From Mobula hypostoma (lineage: Eukaryota): a DNA stretch of 64,000 bases. The notes beneath the pieces are model-generated. The model was given only the letters and a program-made list of their open reading frames with translations. It was not told the origin of the DNA and did no database searches. Location of the stretch: the NCBI RefSeq assembly GCF_963921235.1, contig NC_086101.1, forward strand, positions 4,900,001-4,964,000, given 5' to 3'. The stretch's first letter is position 1; every line of letters begins with the position of its first letter. The translations under genes were made by a program, and so were the position numbers. Positions 1 through 13,269 of the stretch are shown piece by piece.

Positions 1-239
1 CTGACAGGAGAGGAGAGTGAACTAAGAGGAGGTAATAAATTGCAGGTTTCGATGTATGAATCTGAACTCAGGCTGCTGCCAACCCGTGTGACATTATCTT
101 GTTAATGTCCGCCTTTGACAGCTGATGGGATCCTGATTTATTTGAAAAGCACTCTCAGTACCACACTGGAGTGTCAGAAGGCTCTCTGTACCAATCTCTG
201 CATCTATTGTATGTAATAAAATGGGAGTCCAAAATGAGA

Positions 240-660
240 GCAACGCAGGTAGTGTTCATAGACCATTCTAATGGCAGAGGGGAAGAAGCTGTTCCTAAAT
301 CACCGAGTGTAGGTCTTCAGGCCCCTGTACCTCCTCTCTGACGGTAGCAATGAGAAGAGGGCATGTCCCGAGTGGTGGGGGTCCTAAATGATGGGTGCCA
401 TCTTTTCGAAGCATTGCCTTTTGAAGACATCCTCGATGCTGGGGAGGCTAGAGCCCTTGTTGGAGCTGGCTGAATTTACAACCCAGTGCAGCTTTTTCCG
501 ATCCTGTGCACTATTGCCTCCGTACCAGACGGTGATTCGGCCAGTTAGGATGCTCTCCACGGTACACCTGTAGAAATTAGCTAGTCTTTGGTAACATACC
601 AAGTCCCAAACTCCTAATGAAATAATAGCCACTGGCTTGTGTTCTTCATATTGGCATCAA
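240..660 (-). mobile_element. Rex1/Babar-type LINE 3' fragment
   Basis: ORF 384..632 contains FYRCTVESILTGRITVWYG..AQDRKKL, the C-terminal motif typical of Rex1/Babar ORF2. Related copies recur in the window. Confidence 0.7.
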
Positions 661-1282
661 TTTTTGTAAGGTTCCTTATTCAGAATTTCTGGAGGTACTG
701 GCCACCCACTAGGCCTGGTGCTTGCCCTGCATTGAGTTGTTAATGGAGAACCACAGCACAGAAACAGCCTCTTGGCATTGTATTATCCTACGAATTGCAG
801 ATTTTCTCTTGTTTGTGATTCTAGTATCCCATCGCCCCACACCTGGGCCACAGCTCTCCATACCTCTCCTATCCATGTACCTAGTCAAGTTTCTCTTAAA
901 TGTTGGAATGAAGCCCACGTCTGCCACTTCCACTGGCAGCTCGTGCCACACTCTCACCACCTTCTAAGTGAAGAAGTTCCCCCTCATTACCCCTTAAACA
1001 TTTCACCTTTCACAGTTAACCCATGACCTCTAGTTCGGGTGTCGGCTCTTGTGCGTCACAAGATGGCGGCACAGACGGTCACAGCAGCCTCTCTGGCTCC
1101 AATCCACAGTGAAGTTTCTTGTCCGGTTCATCTCTTCTATGATTGAAAAACACTGCGGATCATAAAAGAAAAACTTGAACTTGTATGCCGGGGTGAACTG
1201 AAGCAGTCATTTCAGTCTGGGCGTGTTTGAGTGCCTTGGGGAGGAGGGCTGACTTTGATGTTAATTGTGTTCTCCTTGGCAG

Positions 1283-1350
1283 CGGTCGCAGCAGCGGAGA
1301 ATCAACCTGCCACGCTTTATTCCAGCGCAGCCTGCCGACACAGACACCAG
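1283..1350 (+). CDS. ATF6B: ATF6-family (ATF6B-like) internal coding exon, 68 bp, phase 0-2, RSQQRRINLPRFIPAQPADTDT(R)
   Basis: Acceptor ttctccttggcag and strong donor CAG|GTGAGT. The phase-2 end joins in frame to the exon at 5713. Confidence 0.75.
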
Positions 1351-2039
1351 GTGAGTGGTGGCCGACTGGGACCGTGGTTACGCTGCACACTGCGGCAACT
1401 ATTAATGCTGTACCAACACCCCTTACCTTATCAATGTGGCTTCTTCTAATGCAAAGCAACCCCACTGAGGAGAGATAAATGGTTAAGATTTGAGATGTTG
1501 TGATGATTAGATTTTCATACTTGAGAGATGAAAGGTGCTTATCTTCAAAACTGCCTGAAGTGGTGATGGTGTAGGGTTGCCAGTAAAAGTCCTCAGCCCA
1601 AATACATCAATATTGACTTCAGTAGAAACTAATTTTACAACACGGAACAGGACCACGCAGTACAGGCCTTTCGGCCCACAATGTCATGCTGGCCCTTTAA
1701 TCTTAAGATAAATCTGACTCTTCCCTCCCACATAGACCCATTTTTCTATCATATATGTACCTATCTAAGAGTCTGTTAAATGTCTCCAGTGTATCTTCAT
1801 CTACCATCACCCCTGGCAGGGCGTTCCACGTACTCACCACTCTCTGTGCTTAAAACCAAACAAACTTGCCTCTGACATCCCCCCCCCACACTTTCCGCCA
1901 ATCACTTTATTACGCCCCCTTGAATTAGTTATTTCTGTCCTGGGGTTAAAAGAAGTCCAAACCCCTCTATCAAGTCACCCCTCACCCTCTTTCTCCCCAC
2001 AGTGTAAAGCTTGTAGGTTGTTCAACCTTTCTTATGAGA

Positions 2040-5000
2040 CCGTAAGTCATAGGAGCAGAATTAGGCCATTCAGCCCATCAAGCCTGCTCTGCCATTCCGT
2101 CATGGCTGATCCCACACACCTGCCTTCTCGCCATAACCTTTGATGCGCTGACTGATCAGGAAACTATTCGTGGTCTTGGCCTCCAAAGCTGTCTGTGGCA
2201 GAGCATTCCACAGTTTCACTACTCTCTGGCTAAAAAAAATTCCTTCATACCTCTGTTGTAAAGGGTTTCCCCTTGAAGCTGTGCCCTCTAGTTCTGGACA
2301 CACCCACCATAGGAAACATCCTCTCCATATCCACCCCATCGAGTCCTTTTTTCAATGAGATCCACCCCCAGCCGCATCCTTCTAAATTCCGATGAGTACA
2401 GGCCCAAAGCTGCTAAACAGTCCTCGTATGTTAACCCCATCATTTTCAGAATCATCCTTGTGAATCTCCTCTGGACTCTGTCCAATGACAACACATCCTT
2501 TCTGAGATAAGGGGCCCAAAACTGTTGACAATACTCCAAGTGCGGCCTGACTAGTGACTTATAAAGGCTGAGCATTATCTCCTTGCTTTTATATTCTATT
2601 CCCCTTGAGATGAATGCCAACATTGCATTTGCCTTCTTTACCGCTGACTCAACCTGTGAATTGACCTTCTGGGAGTCTTGCACGAGGACTGTTTAGTCCC
2701 TCTGCACCTCTGGTGTTTGAATTTTCTCCCCATTTAGATAATAGTCTGCACTTCTAATCCTTTTACCAAGATGCGTTATCATACATTTCCCAACACCGTA
2801 TTCCATCTGCACAATTTTGCCTGTTCTACCAATTTGTCTGTCCTGCAATCGCACTGCTTCCTCAGCACTACCTACCTCTCCACCTGTCCTTGTATCATGT
2901 GCAAACTTTGCCACAATTATCATCAATTCCGTTATCTAAATCATTGACAAACAATGTGAAAAGTAGTTGTCCTATTGCTGACCCCTGAGGAACACCACTT
3001 GTCCCTGGCAGGCAACCAGAAAAAGCCCCTTTTATTCCCACTCGCTGCCTCCTGCCTGTCGGCCATTGCTCTATCCATGCCAAAATGCCATTGAATTTTA
3101 GTTTGTTAAGCAGTCTCATGTGGCACCTTATCAAATTCCTTCTGAAGGTCCAAGTAAATGACATTAATTGCTTCTCCTTTGTCCACCCTGCTTGTTACTT
3201 TCTCGAAGAACTCTTAACAGATTTGTCAGGCAAGATTTCCCTTTACAGAAACCATGCTGACTTATTTTATCATTAGTCTCCCAGTGTTCTGAAACCTCAT
3301 CCTTAATAGCAGACTCCAACACTTCCCCAGCTACTGAGGTTAGGCTAACTGGCCTATAATTTCCTTTCTTTTGCCTTCCTCCCTTCTTAAAGAGTGGAGT
3401 GAAATTTGCAATTTTCCAGTCCTCTGGGACCATGCCAGAATCAAGTGATTCTTGAAAGATCATGACCATTGCATTCGTTATCTCTTCAGCAACCTCTCTC
3501 AGGACTTTGGGATGTAGTCCATCTGACCCAGGGGACTTAGCCATCTTAAGTCCTTTGAGGTTGCCTAGCCCTTTTTCCTTAGTAATAGCAATGGCACTCA
3601 CTCCTGTTCCCTGACCCTCACAGACCTCTGCCACACTGCTAGTGTCTTCCACAGTGAAGACTGATGCAAGGTACCCATTAAATTCATCTGCCATTTCTTT
3701 GTGCCCCATTACTACCTCACTAGCATCGTTTTCCAGTGGTCCAATATCAACTCTCACCTCCCTTCTACGCTTTATGTTACTGAATAAACTTTTAGTATCC
3801 TGCTTTATATTATTGGCTAGTTTGCCCTCGTGTTTCATCTTTTCCCTTCCTATGGCTTTTTAGTTACCTTTTGTTGGATTTTAAAAACTTCCCAATCATC
3901 TAGCTTTCCTTGTCAGCCACAGTTGCCTACCCCTGCCATTTGAGAACAATTTCTTCTGTGGGACATTCTACGCCTTGTGAACTATTCCCAGAAACTTCAG
4001 CCACCTCTGCTCTGCCGCTGCCTTCCCTAGTATCCTCCTCCAATCCACCTGGGCAAGTTCCTCTTTCATGCCTCTGTAATTCCCTTTATTCCATTGCAAT
4101 ACTGATGCATGTGACTTGTGCTTCTCCCTCTCAAATTGCAGTATGAATTCAATCATATTATGATCACTGCCTCATGAGGGTACCTTTACATTAAGCTCCT
4201 GAATAAAATCTGGATTATTACACACAACACCCAATATAAGAGAGCCTGTAAAAAGCCATCTCATAGATATTCAAGAAATTCCCTCTCTTGTGATCCAACA
4301 CCAACCTGATTTTCCCAATCCCCTTGCATATTGAAGTCCCCATTATAGATGTGACATTACCCTTATTACATGCCCTTTCCAGCTCCCTTTGCAATCTCAA
4401 CCCCGCATCTTGGCTGCTATTTGCAGATCTATGTATGATTCCCATAATAGTTTTTTTAAACTTGCGGTTTCTTAACTCCACCCACAAAGATTCGACGTTC
4501 TCCGACCCTATGTCACCTCTTCCTAAAGATGTAATTCCATCTCTTACCAACAGATCCACACCACCGCCTATGCCCTCCTGTCTGTCCTTTCAGTACGAAG
4601 TATGTCCTTTGATACTGAGCTCTCACTGTGACCTTCTTTCAGCCACGACCCAATAATGCTCACAATGTCATACTGACCAATTTCTAATTGTGCCACGAGC
4701 TCCAAATGCTACGCGCATTTAAATACAGCGCCTTGAGTTCTACATTCATCACCTTTTTGAATTTTGCCTCAGTCTGCATTTGTACCAAATGGTTGGCTTG
4801 TCCTTCCTTACATTCATGTTACACCCATCATCTACTTGTAAACCTGCTGGCTCATCCTGAGCTCTATCATCCTGGTTCCCATCTCCCTGCCATATTAATT
4901 TAAACCACTCCCAACAGCACTATCAAACCTGCCTGCAAGGATACTGGTCCCCCTCCGATTCAAGTGCAACCCTTCCCTTCTGTACAGGCATATCGGCCCC

Positions 5001-5307
5001 AGAAGTGGTCCCAATGATCCAGAAATCGGAATCCCTGCCCCCTGCCCGATTCTTCAGCCATGCATTTATCTGCCACCTCATTCAATTCCTATCCTCACTG
5101 TCGTGTGGCACAGGCAGCAATGCCAAGATTACCACCCTCGAGGTCCTGGTTTTCAGCTTCCTTCCTAACTGCCTGTATTCTGTTTTCAGGACCCCCTCCC
5201 TTTTCCTACTTGTGTCGATGGTACCAATTTGTACCACAACTTCTGGCTGCTCACCCTCCCTTTTCAGGATATTGTGGACGTGTTCAGAAACATCGCAGAC
5301 CTTGACA
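2040..5307 (-). mobile_element. Degenerate near-full-length CR1 LINE (3' half of ORF1 esterase plus EN-RT ORF2 with stops and frameshifts)
   Basis: Collinear ORF fragments: SGNH-type ORF1 (VVVQIGT, GLHLN), endonuclease (ESLWVELRN), RT (GNYRPVSLTSV, SGVPQGS) and C-terminal LVRPHLEYC, followed by a CR1 3' UTR. Confidence 0.9.
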
Positions 5308-5503
5308 GAGAGGTACCGTCTAGCGGAGTGGTCATCGTATATGCAATGAAGAGGATGGCAGCACTTGGGAGGCAAACTAACAACTGTTTCTTTTTCACAT
5401 CAACAGAATCACCCATCTATCCCCCCAACTTTAGTGTCCCCTATTACTGTTCTCATCCTCTTCGTTGCATATACGATGACCGCTCCGCTAGACGGTGCCT
5501 CCC
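5308..5503. mobile_element. MITE-like element with ~50-bp terminal inverted repeats
   Basis: GAGAGGTACCGTCTAGCGGAGTGGTCATCGTATATGCAATGAAGAGGATG at 5308 is the near-perfect reverse complement of 5454-5503. No clear TSD. Confidence 0.7.
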
Positions 5504-5712
5504 TTTTATGGAATCTGGGTTTTTCAAGCTCCACTCTGGACTTGTGCAGGATCATGAGACATGATCTCTAATCTAGGTCTCTCCTTTGTGCCCTCTCTTA
5601 AGCTTCCACATCCTTCCAGTAATGAGGTGACTGGAACTGAGAGCATGCGGAATGCCCTTCATCCTTCCTGTGGACTGTGTCCCATTACCTCATTGTTCTT
5701 CTTGCTGAACAG

Positions 5713-5824
5713 GTTGACCTCCAGTCAGCTGCAGGTGTACCAGAGCCCAGAGCAGAGTTACTACGATTTCATGGACGCTATCGACAGGAGGGAAGACACC
5801 TTCTACGTGGTTTCTTTCCGAAGG
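5713..5824 (+). CDS. ATF6B: ATF6-family luminal-domain exon, 112 bp, phase 2-0, (R)[37 protein letters not shown]
   Basis: Hallmark ATF6 motif [10 protein letters not shown]. Acceptor aacag, donor AGG|gtaact. Confidence 0.92.
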
Positions 5825-6219
5825 GTAACTATTCTGGGGTTCTGTCATTCAAATGAAAACTCAAATCAGAAACAGTCTCAGCAAATAAAAGCTGTGCACA
5901 AATTGAACTTCCAACTGATACTTTCTGGCTGGTGAAGTCAATCACTGGGAGTGGGACATTCAGACTCTGTCCCGTGAAACTACAGATAATGGATGAATGT
6001 TTCCTGCTATTGTTAGAGATCCCCATCGTGTAATGCACAGTTCACAGACCTGGTCAGTTGTATCCTGATGGAGCTGTCCCACAACACTGCAGCACAAGGG
6101 ATACATTCTGGGTGTTCGAGTTTGTGCTTAGAGGCTTGTAGAGCAAACATCAGTACTGAATATTCAAAGGAGTTTGCTAGTTGGGATTTGCTACCATTGT
6201 AAAAATATACTTCCGTAAA

Positions 6220-6605
6220 TTTACCTGAGTACATTCAGCATCAGCTTTAACGTCACTGACATATGTCGTGAAACTAGTTGGTCTGTGGCAGCAGTACATG
6301 GCAATAATAAAAAACTATAAATTATAATGAGAAAAATATATATACAGGTAATTAAATTAAGAAAGTAGTGCAAAAAGAGAACAAAAAATAGTGAAGTAAT
6401 GTTCATGGATTCATTGTCCATTCAGAAATCTGATAGCGGGAGGGAAGAAGCTGTTCCTGAAATGTTGAGTTGGGTCTTCAGGCTCCTTTACCTGCTCCCT
6501 GACAGTAGCAATGACAGGAAGGCATGTTCTGGGTGCTTAATGATGGATGACATTTTCTTGAGGGATTACCTTTTGAAGGTGTCCTCAAAGCCGAGGAGGC
6601 TAGTC
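6220..6605 (-). mobile_element. Rex1/Babar LINE 3' end remnant
   Basis: Similar to the 3' end of the better-preserved copy at 53085-54025. Confidence 0.55.
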
Positions 6606-6609
6606 CCTA

Positions 6610-8842
6610 TACTCTATACCCCATCAGGAAGGCCTCAAAGCTCTCCACTTCCTTCTCAGTAAAAGAACCAACCAGTCCCCCTCCAACTCCACCCTCCTCC
6701 ATCTGGCAGAACTGGCCCTCACCCTCAACCGTTTTTGTGTTGGCTCCTCCCACTTTCTCCAGACTCAAGGGGTAGCTAAGGGCACCCACGTGGGCCCAGC
6801 TATGTCTGCCTCTTCGTTAGCTGTGTAGAACAGTCCATGTTCCAGGCCTTCCCAGGTAATGCTGCCCAGCTCTTCCTCTGCTACATTGATGACTGTATTG
6901 GTGTTGCTTCATGCACCCATGCTGAGCTCGTCAATTTCATCAACTTTGCCTCTAACTTCCACTATGCCCTTAAATTCACTTGGTCCATTTCTGACACATT
7001 GACCTCTCTGTCTCCATCTCTGGAGACAAACTGTTAACCAACATCTTTTATAACTACCAATTTCCATGGTTATCTTAACTATACGTCTTCCCATGCTATC
7101 TCCTGTAAAAATGCCATTTCCGTTTCTCAGTTCCTTTGCCTCCACTGCATCTGTTCTTAGGATGTGGCTTTCTTTTCCAGGAAATCAGAGATGTCCTCCT
7201 CCTTCAAAGAACGGGTCTTTCCCTTCCTCCACTATTGATGCTGCCCTGACCTACATCTCCTCCATTTCCCAAGCATTCTCTGTGATTCCATCTTCCCATC
7301 ACTTTACCTGTGACAGTTCATTTTGTCCTTGCCTACCAACCCATGAGCCTCTGCATTCAACACATCATCCACCATCTCCAAAGGGATTCTCTGCAACTGT
7401 AAGATAAAAGGGATCTTACCACTAAACATATCTTTACCTCCCCACCTTCTCTGCTTTCCACAGTGATTTAGATTTAGATTATGAAGACACGCAGTCCTTT
7501 TTTGTTGTCATTTAGTAATGCATGCATTAAGAAATGATACAATATTTCCTCCGGTGTGATATCACAAAACATAGGACAGACCAAGACTGAAAAAAAACTA
7601 ACAAAGCCACATAATTATAACGTATAGTTACAACAGTGCAACAATACCATAACTTGATGAAGAAGTCCATGAGCACAGTAAAAAGTTCAAAGTCTCTCAA
7701 ATGTCCCACATCTCACGCAGATGGGAGAAGGAAGAAAAACTCTCCCTGCCATGCCGACCACGGTCCGACTCTGAGTCATCCGAAAACTTCGAGCTCTGAT
7801 CAGCTCTCCGACACCGAGTACTGAGCGCCATCTCTATCCGAACGATTCGACCTCCATCTCGGTCGCCAACAGCAGACAAAGCCAGGGATTTTGAGGCCTT
7901 CCCTCCAAAAGATTCCCGAACACGCAGTAACAACAGCAGTGAACTGGCGTTTCAGAAATTTTTTCAGATGTTCCTCTGTGCTTTCACGTCCGTCTCCATC
8001 AAATCAGAATTATCCACAGCCCCTATTTAACGGATACGATATCATTTTTCACCGGAGGGCTGCACACACGCGGCGCGCTGCTCTCTCTTCTCCCGCTTGT
8101 ATCACTCCCTCCCTAACTCCCTTGTCCATTTGTCCCTCCCCACTGACCTTCCTCCGGGCACTTATCCCTGCAACTGGCCTAAGCAATACACCTTCTCATT
8201 CACCTCCTCCATCACCTCCATTCAGGTCTTCAAACAGTCCTTCCAGGTGAGATGCTGGTTGACCTGCAAATCTGCTGGGGTCACCTGTTTCCAGTGCTCA
8301 CAGCGTGGCCTCCTCCACAGTGGTGAGACCCATCCCTAAATGGGGGACTGCTTCGTCGAACACCTCTGCTCCATCTGCCACAAGCAGAAATGTCCAGTGG
8401 CCAAATGTTTTAATTCCCATTCCCACTCCGACATCTCGTTCCATGTACCAAGATGAGGCCGCCCTCGGGGTGGAGAAGCAACACCTTGTGTTCCATCTGG
8501 GTAGTCTCCAACCGTGTATATTGATTTCTCCTTATGGTAAAATTAAATCTTCCCTCCCCCTCTATTCCCCACTCTAGCCTCTTACCTCTTCTCACCTGTC
8601 TCCCTCCCTCTGGTCTCCTACTCTTTCCTTTCTCCTGTGGACCATTCTCCTTTCCTATCTGCTTTCTTCTCTTCCAGCCCTTCGTCCCACCTGGCTTCAC
8701 CTGTCACCTTCAAGCTCCCCTCTCCTTTTTATTCTGGTATCTTCCCCATTCCTTTTCAGTCCTGAAGAAAGGTCATGGCCTGTTTATTCATTTCCATAGA
8801 TGCTGCCTGACCTGCTGAGTTCCTCCAGCATTTCCTGTGTGT
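6610..8842 (+). mobile_element. Degenerate Penelope-like element (RT plus GIY-YIG remnant and 3' repeat), split by an insertion at 7467-8096
   Basis: RT remnants GTHVGPSY.CLF and FLCYIDD. GIY-YIG-like remnant near 8250-8510. The 3' terminal unit is shared with the copy at 48690-49577. Confidence 0.75.
7467..8096 (-). mobile_element. Unclassified non-autonomous retroposon with (AATCT)n-like tail
   Basis: Interrupts the Penelope-like element. A closely related copy lies in opposite orientation at 47990-48484, sharing AATGCATGCATTACTAAATGACAA...CATAATCTAATCT. Confidence 0.65.
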
Positions 8843-8847
8843 TGCTG

Positions 8848-9850
8848 GGGAGGTTTGTACCTGTGATGGAGCTGGCTGAATTTACAACTTTCTGCAGCTT
8901 GTTCCGACCCTGTGCAGTGCTGCATCCATAACAAACAGTGATGCAATCAGTTAGAATGCTCTCCGTAGTACATCTGTGGAAATCTGCACGAGCCTTTGGA
9001 GATGTACCAAGTCTCCTCAACTCCTGATGAAATATCGCCGCTGTCGTGCCTTCTTGTAATTGCATCAATATACTGGGCCCAGGACAGATCATCAGAGATG
9101 TTGTCACCCAGGAACGTGAAACTGCTCACCCTTTCCACTTCTGATCCCTCAATGAGGATTGGAGTGTGTTCCCTCGACTTCCCCTTTGTAAAGTCCACAA
9201 TCAATTCCATGGTCTTACGGATGCTGAGAGCCAGGTTGTTGCTGCAACACCACTCAACCAGCAGATTTATCTTGCTCCTGTACGCCTCCTTGTCAGCATC
9301 GGAAATTCTGCCAAGAATAGTCATGTCATCGGCAAATTTATAGATGGCATTTGAGCTGTGCCTAGCCATGGGTGTAGAGAGAGCAGAGAAGTGAGCCAAG
9401 CACTATCCTTGAGATACACCAGTGTTGACTGTCAGTTAGGAGCAAATGTTATTTCCAACCTGCACAGACCGTGGTCTTCTGGTGAGGAAGTCTTACAGGG
9501 GAAGGGACAGAGACCCAGGTTTTGGAGCTTGTTGATTAGAATTGAGGGTATGATTGGGTTGAACACTGAGCCTGATATAGGTATTGCTATTGTCCGGGTA
9601 ATCCAAGGATAAGGTGGAGAGCCGATGAGATTGTATTTACTGTAGACTTTGTGGCGATAGACAATTTGCAGTGGGACATTGAGCCTGTTCATCCTGCTCT
9701 TCGTGGGCGCTGCTATGATTATCGCCCTTTCGAAACAGCTGGGAACCTCTGACTGCAGCAGAGAGAGATTGAAAATGTCCTTTAGCACACCTGCCGTTTG
9801 GTTGGCACAGGTTTTCAAGGTACGTCATCATGAGAGTTCACCCTCTGACG
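8848..9850 (-). mobile_element. Rex1/Babar LINE RT fragment
   Basis: ORFs contain DIFNLSLLQSEVP, YKFADD, WC..NNLAL, SFTFLG and TESILT.CITV. Confidence 0.8.
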
Positions 9851-10212
9851 TCGGCCTCTGAGACAGAGATCACAGAGTCACCAGGGATTCACACAGATGT
9901 AGTTTGATTCTCCCTTTCAAAGAGTGCATAACTCACCTGGGCGTAAAGCATCATGATTATAGGACAGGAGTTTGAATTATGGTTACTGAATTATCATTAT
10001 CTTAGTGTTGAAGAAGCATAAAACATCATGTCGGAGAGAGGGGTTCTGTTGAATTCTCCTGGATACTCTCTCTCTCTACTGGAGGTTTGATGTGAGAATA
10101 AAGATCTCTATATTTCCCAGTTACAGATTCCATCTAACCCAGTTTTAGTGGTCCACAACACTTGTCACAACCTACCCAGCATGTTCAGTTTCTTCGTGTG
10201 TTGTTGGTGTGA

Positions 10213-10431
<219 letters not shown>

Positions 10432-10484
10432 TGAATATGGCTGACTCGAGGGGCATAACTTAATTTCTATGAAGGGCTGGTTAG

Positions 10485-10955
10485 AGGAGTATTGTGTTCA
10501 GTTCTGATCACCTCAATAAAGTATGACTATGACTTATAGGAAGGATGTGGACGCTTTAGAGAGGGTGCAGAGGAGCTTTACCAGGATCCAAGAGCTTATC
10601 TTATGATAGGTTAAGGAATCCAAGGCTTTTCTCTTTGGAATGAGGGAGGATCGGAGGTGACTTGATAGAGGTGTACAAGATGATGAGGCATACATCGAGT
10701 GAACAAGCGGAGATGTTTTCCCCAGGAAATCACAAATACGATGATCATAATTTTACAGTGATTGGAGGAACGTGCAGGGGGATGTCAGAGGTCGTTTTTC
10801 TATACAGAGAGTGCTGGGTGTGTGGAACGCACTGCTGAGGGTGATGTGAGAGGCAGGTGCCTTACGGATATTTAAGAGATAATTAGAAATATTTAAGATA
10901 TTTCTCAGAAAGAAAAATGGAGGACGATATAGGAGGGAAGAGTTAGATTGATCAG
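10485..10955 (+). mobile_element. CR1 3' fragment
   Basis: Degenerate RKDV.ALERVQR..TR / RGDLIEVYK region plus 3' UTR. Confidence 0.7.
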
Positions 10956-11051
10956 AATCAGGTTTAATATCACTGGCATATGACATGAAATTTATTAATT
11001 TTGTTGCGGCAGGAATAGAGGTGAAAAACAGTGAATTACAGTAAGTATATA

Positions 11052-12416
11052 CAGTTGCAAGAAAAAGTTTGTGAACCCTTTGCAGTTACCTGATTTTCTG
11101 CATTACTCATAAAATGTGGTCTGATCTTCATCTCAGTCACAATAATAGACAAACACAATCTGCTTAAACTAATAACACGCAGACAGTTGTACTACTACTC
11201 ATCAATACTGAGTGCACCATTTAAACAATCACAGCCTAGGTTCAAAACGTATGTGAGCCTCTGGGGTAATGCTTTCTACAAAAGCTATTTGGAATCAGGT
11301 GTTCCAATCAGTGAGATGAGATTGGAGGTGTGGGTTGTAGAGGTGCCCTGATCTAAATATATAAAAAAAAAGACCCACTAAGTCGGTTACTGACAGAGCT
11401 TTTTTCAAAAAGTATTTGATTATGTACACCGTGCCCCGACGAAAATGGCTTTCAGAGGGCCCTGGAAGAAGAATCGTAGTGATGCATGAAGCTGCAAAAG
11501 GCTAGAAAAGCAATTCTGAAGACCTGACTACAGTAAAAGAAATTATCTACAAATGGAGGGAACCCAGTACTGTTGCTACTCTCCCTAGGAATATCCTGCA
11601 AAGATTGCACCAAAAGCACAATGTGCCATGCTGAAGGAGGTGATAAAGAACCCAAGGATAACAGTAATAGACCTGCAGAAATCTCTAGAACTTGCTAAGG
11701 TCTCTTTTCATGTGTCCACTATAAGAAAAACACTGAACAAGAATGGTTTTTCATGGAAGGACACCACAGAGGAAATCACTACTCTCCAATCAAAACATTG
11801 CTGCTCATCTGAAGTTCGCAAAAGATTACCTGGATGTTCCATAACACTTCTAGGACAATGGTCTGTGGACAGATGAGACAAAAGTTGAAGTTTTTGGCAG
11901 AAATGCCACCTCTATTTTGGAAGAAAAAGGCACTGCACACCAGCACTAAAACCTCATCCCAACAGTGAAGCTTGGTGGAAGAAGCATCATGGTTTGGGGC
12001 TGCTTTGTCGTCTCAGGGCCCGGACAGCTTGCAAATATTGAGAGAACAATGAATTCAATATTGTATCAAGACATTTTACAGAACAATATCAGGGTATTGG
12101 TCCGTCACCTGAAGCTTAATAGAAGTTGGATGATGTAAGAAGACAATGGTCCAAAACACAAGAGCAAATCACCAAAGGAATAGTTTAAAATGAAGAAAAC
12201 TTACGATTTGGAATGGCCAAGTCAGACTTCAGACCTTAACCCTGAGATGCTGTGGAATGAGCTGAAGTGGGCTGTTCATGCAAGGTGTTCCAGAAATATT
12301 GATGAACTGAAACAGTGGAGGATTGGTCTAAAGTTCCTCCTCACCATCACACAAGTCTGATCAGCAGCTACAGGAAACGTTTGGTGGAGGTTATTGCTGC
12401 TAAAGGAGGTTCTACC
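11052..12416 (+). mobile_element. Tc1-like DNA transposon, defective and 3'-truncated
   Basis: TA|CAGTTGCAAGAAAAAGTTTGTGAACCCT left TIR. Broken transposase (KNPRIT..DLQKSLE, WTDETKVE, KLGGRSIMVWGCF). Same family as 44456-46037. Confidence 0.85.
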
Positions 12417-12654
12417 GAAAAGGATCTCTTACTTTCCTGGTACATTTGAAGAATAAACTCTTCACGCCGGGTACAGGTATCGATTCTAACTGAAGTTTCA
12501 ATTACAAACTCTGCCATCTTCTTCAGGGATGATGCCTGGGCCGTATCTAGCCAGGTGGTGCTTATACCACTGTATTCTGCTCCTCCTGACTGATTAGTCC
12601 TCATCTAATCAGCTTTCCACTCTCCCACCCTTTTTTGCAATGGAATTCCAGTTC

Positions 12655-12895
12655 TTATGTAGACCATAAGACAAAGGAGCAGAAGTAGGCCATTCGGCTC
12701 ATCGAGTCTGCTCCGCCATTTTATCATGAGCTGATCCATTCTCCTATTTAGTCCCACTCCCCCGCCTTCTCACCATAACCTTTGATGCCCTGGCTACTCA
12801 GATACCTATCAATCTCTGCCTTAAATACACCCAATGACTTGGCCTCCACTGCTGCCCGTGGCAACAAATTCCATAGATTCACCACCCTCTGACTA
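12655..12895 (-). mobile_element. CR1 3' end
   Basis: Near-identical to the 3' end of the copy at 27606-29060. Confidence 0.8.
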
Positions 12896-13269
12896 ATCTG
12901 TGCAATACGAAAAGGGGAAAAAATTGTTGTAAGTAAATAAATAAGCAACAAATAGCAAGAACGTGAAATAAAGAGTACTTGAAAGTGTGTCGGTTGGTGA
13001 GGAAACCGTTCATTGTTGGGGTGAGTGAAGTTGTCCTCTCTGGTTGAAGAGTCTGATAAGTGTTTCTGAACCTGGTGGTGTGAGTCCTGAGGCTCCTGTA
13101 TCTTCTGCCTGATGGTGCCAGCGAGGGGAAGCGTGTTCTGGGTGGTGGGGGTCCCTGCTGTCCTGTGCCCATGCTCTGTAGTTGTGCTACACAGTGCACT
13201 TACAAGATAAGGAGACAGAAGAGACGGCAGGTACTGGAATCTGCAGCAAGAAACAATCTGCTAGAGGAG

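Noticed and set aside
1..40. Possible upstream ATF6B exon end (GAG|gtaata)
   Set aside because: Weak donor, no recognisable ATF6 peptide, and the phase-compatible frame contains a stop.
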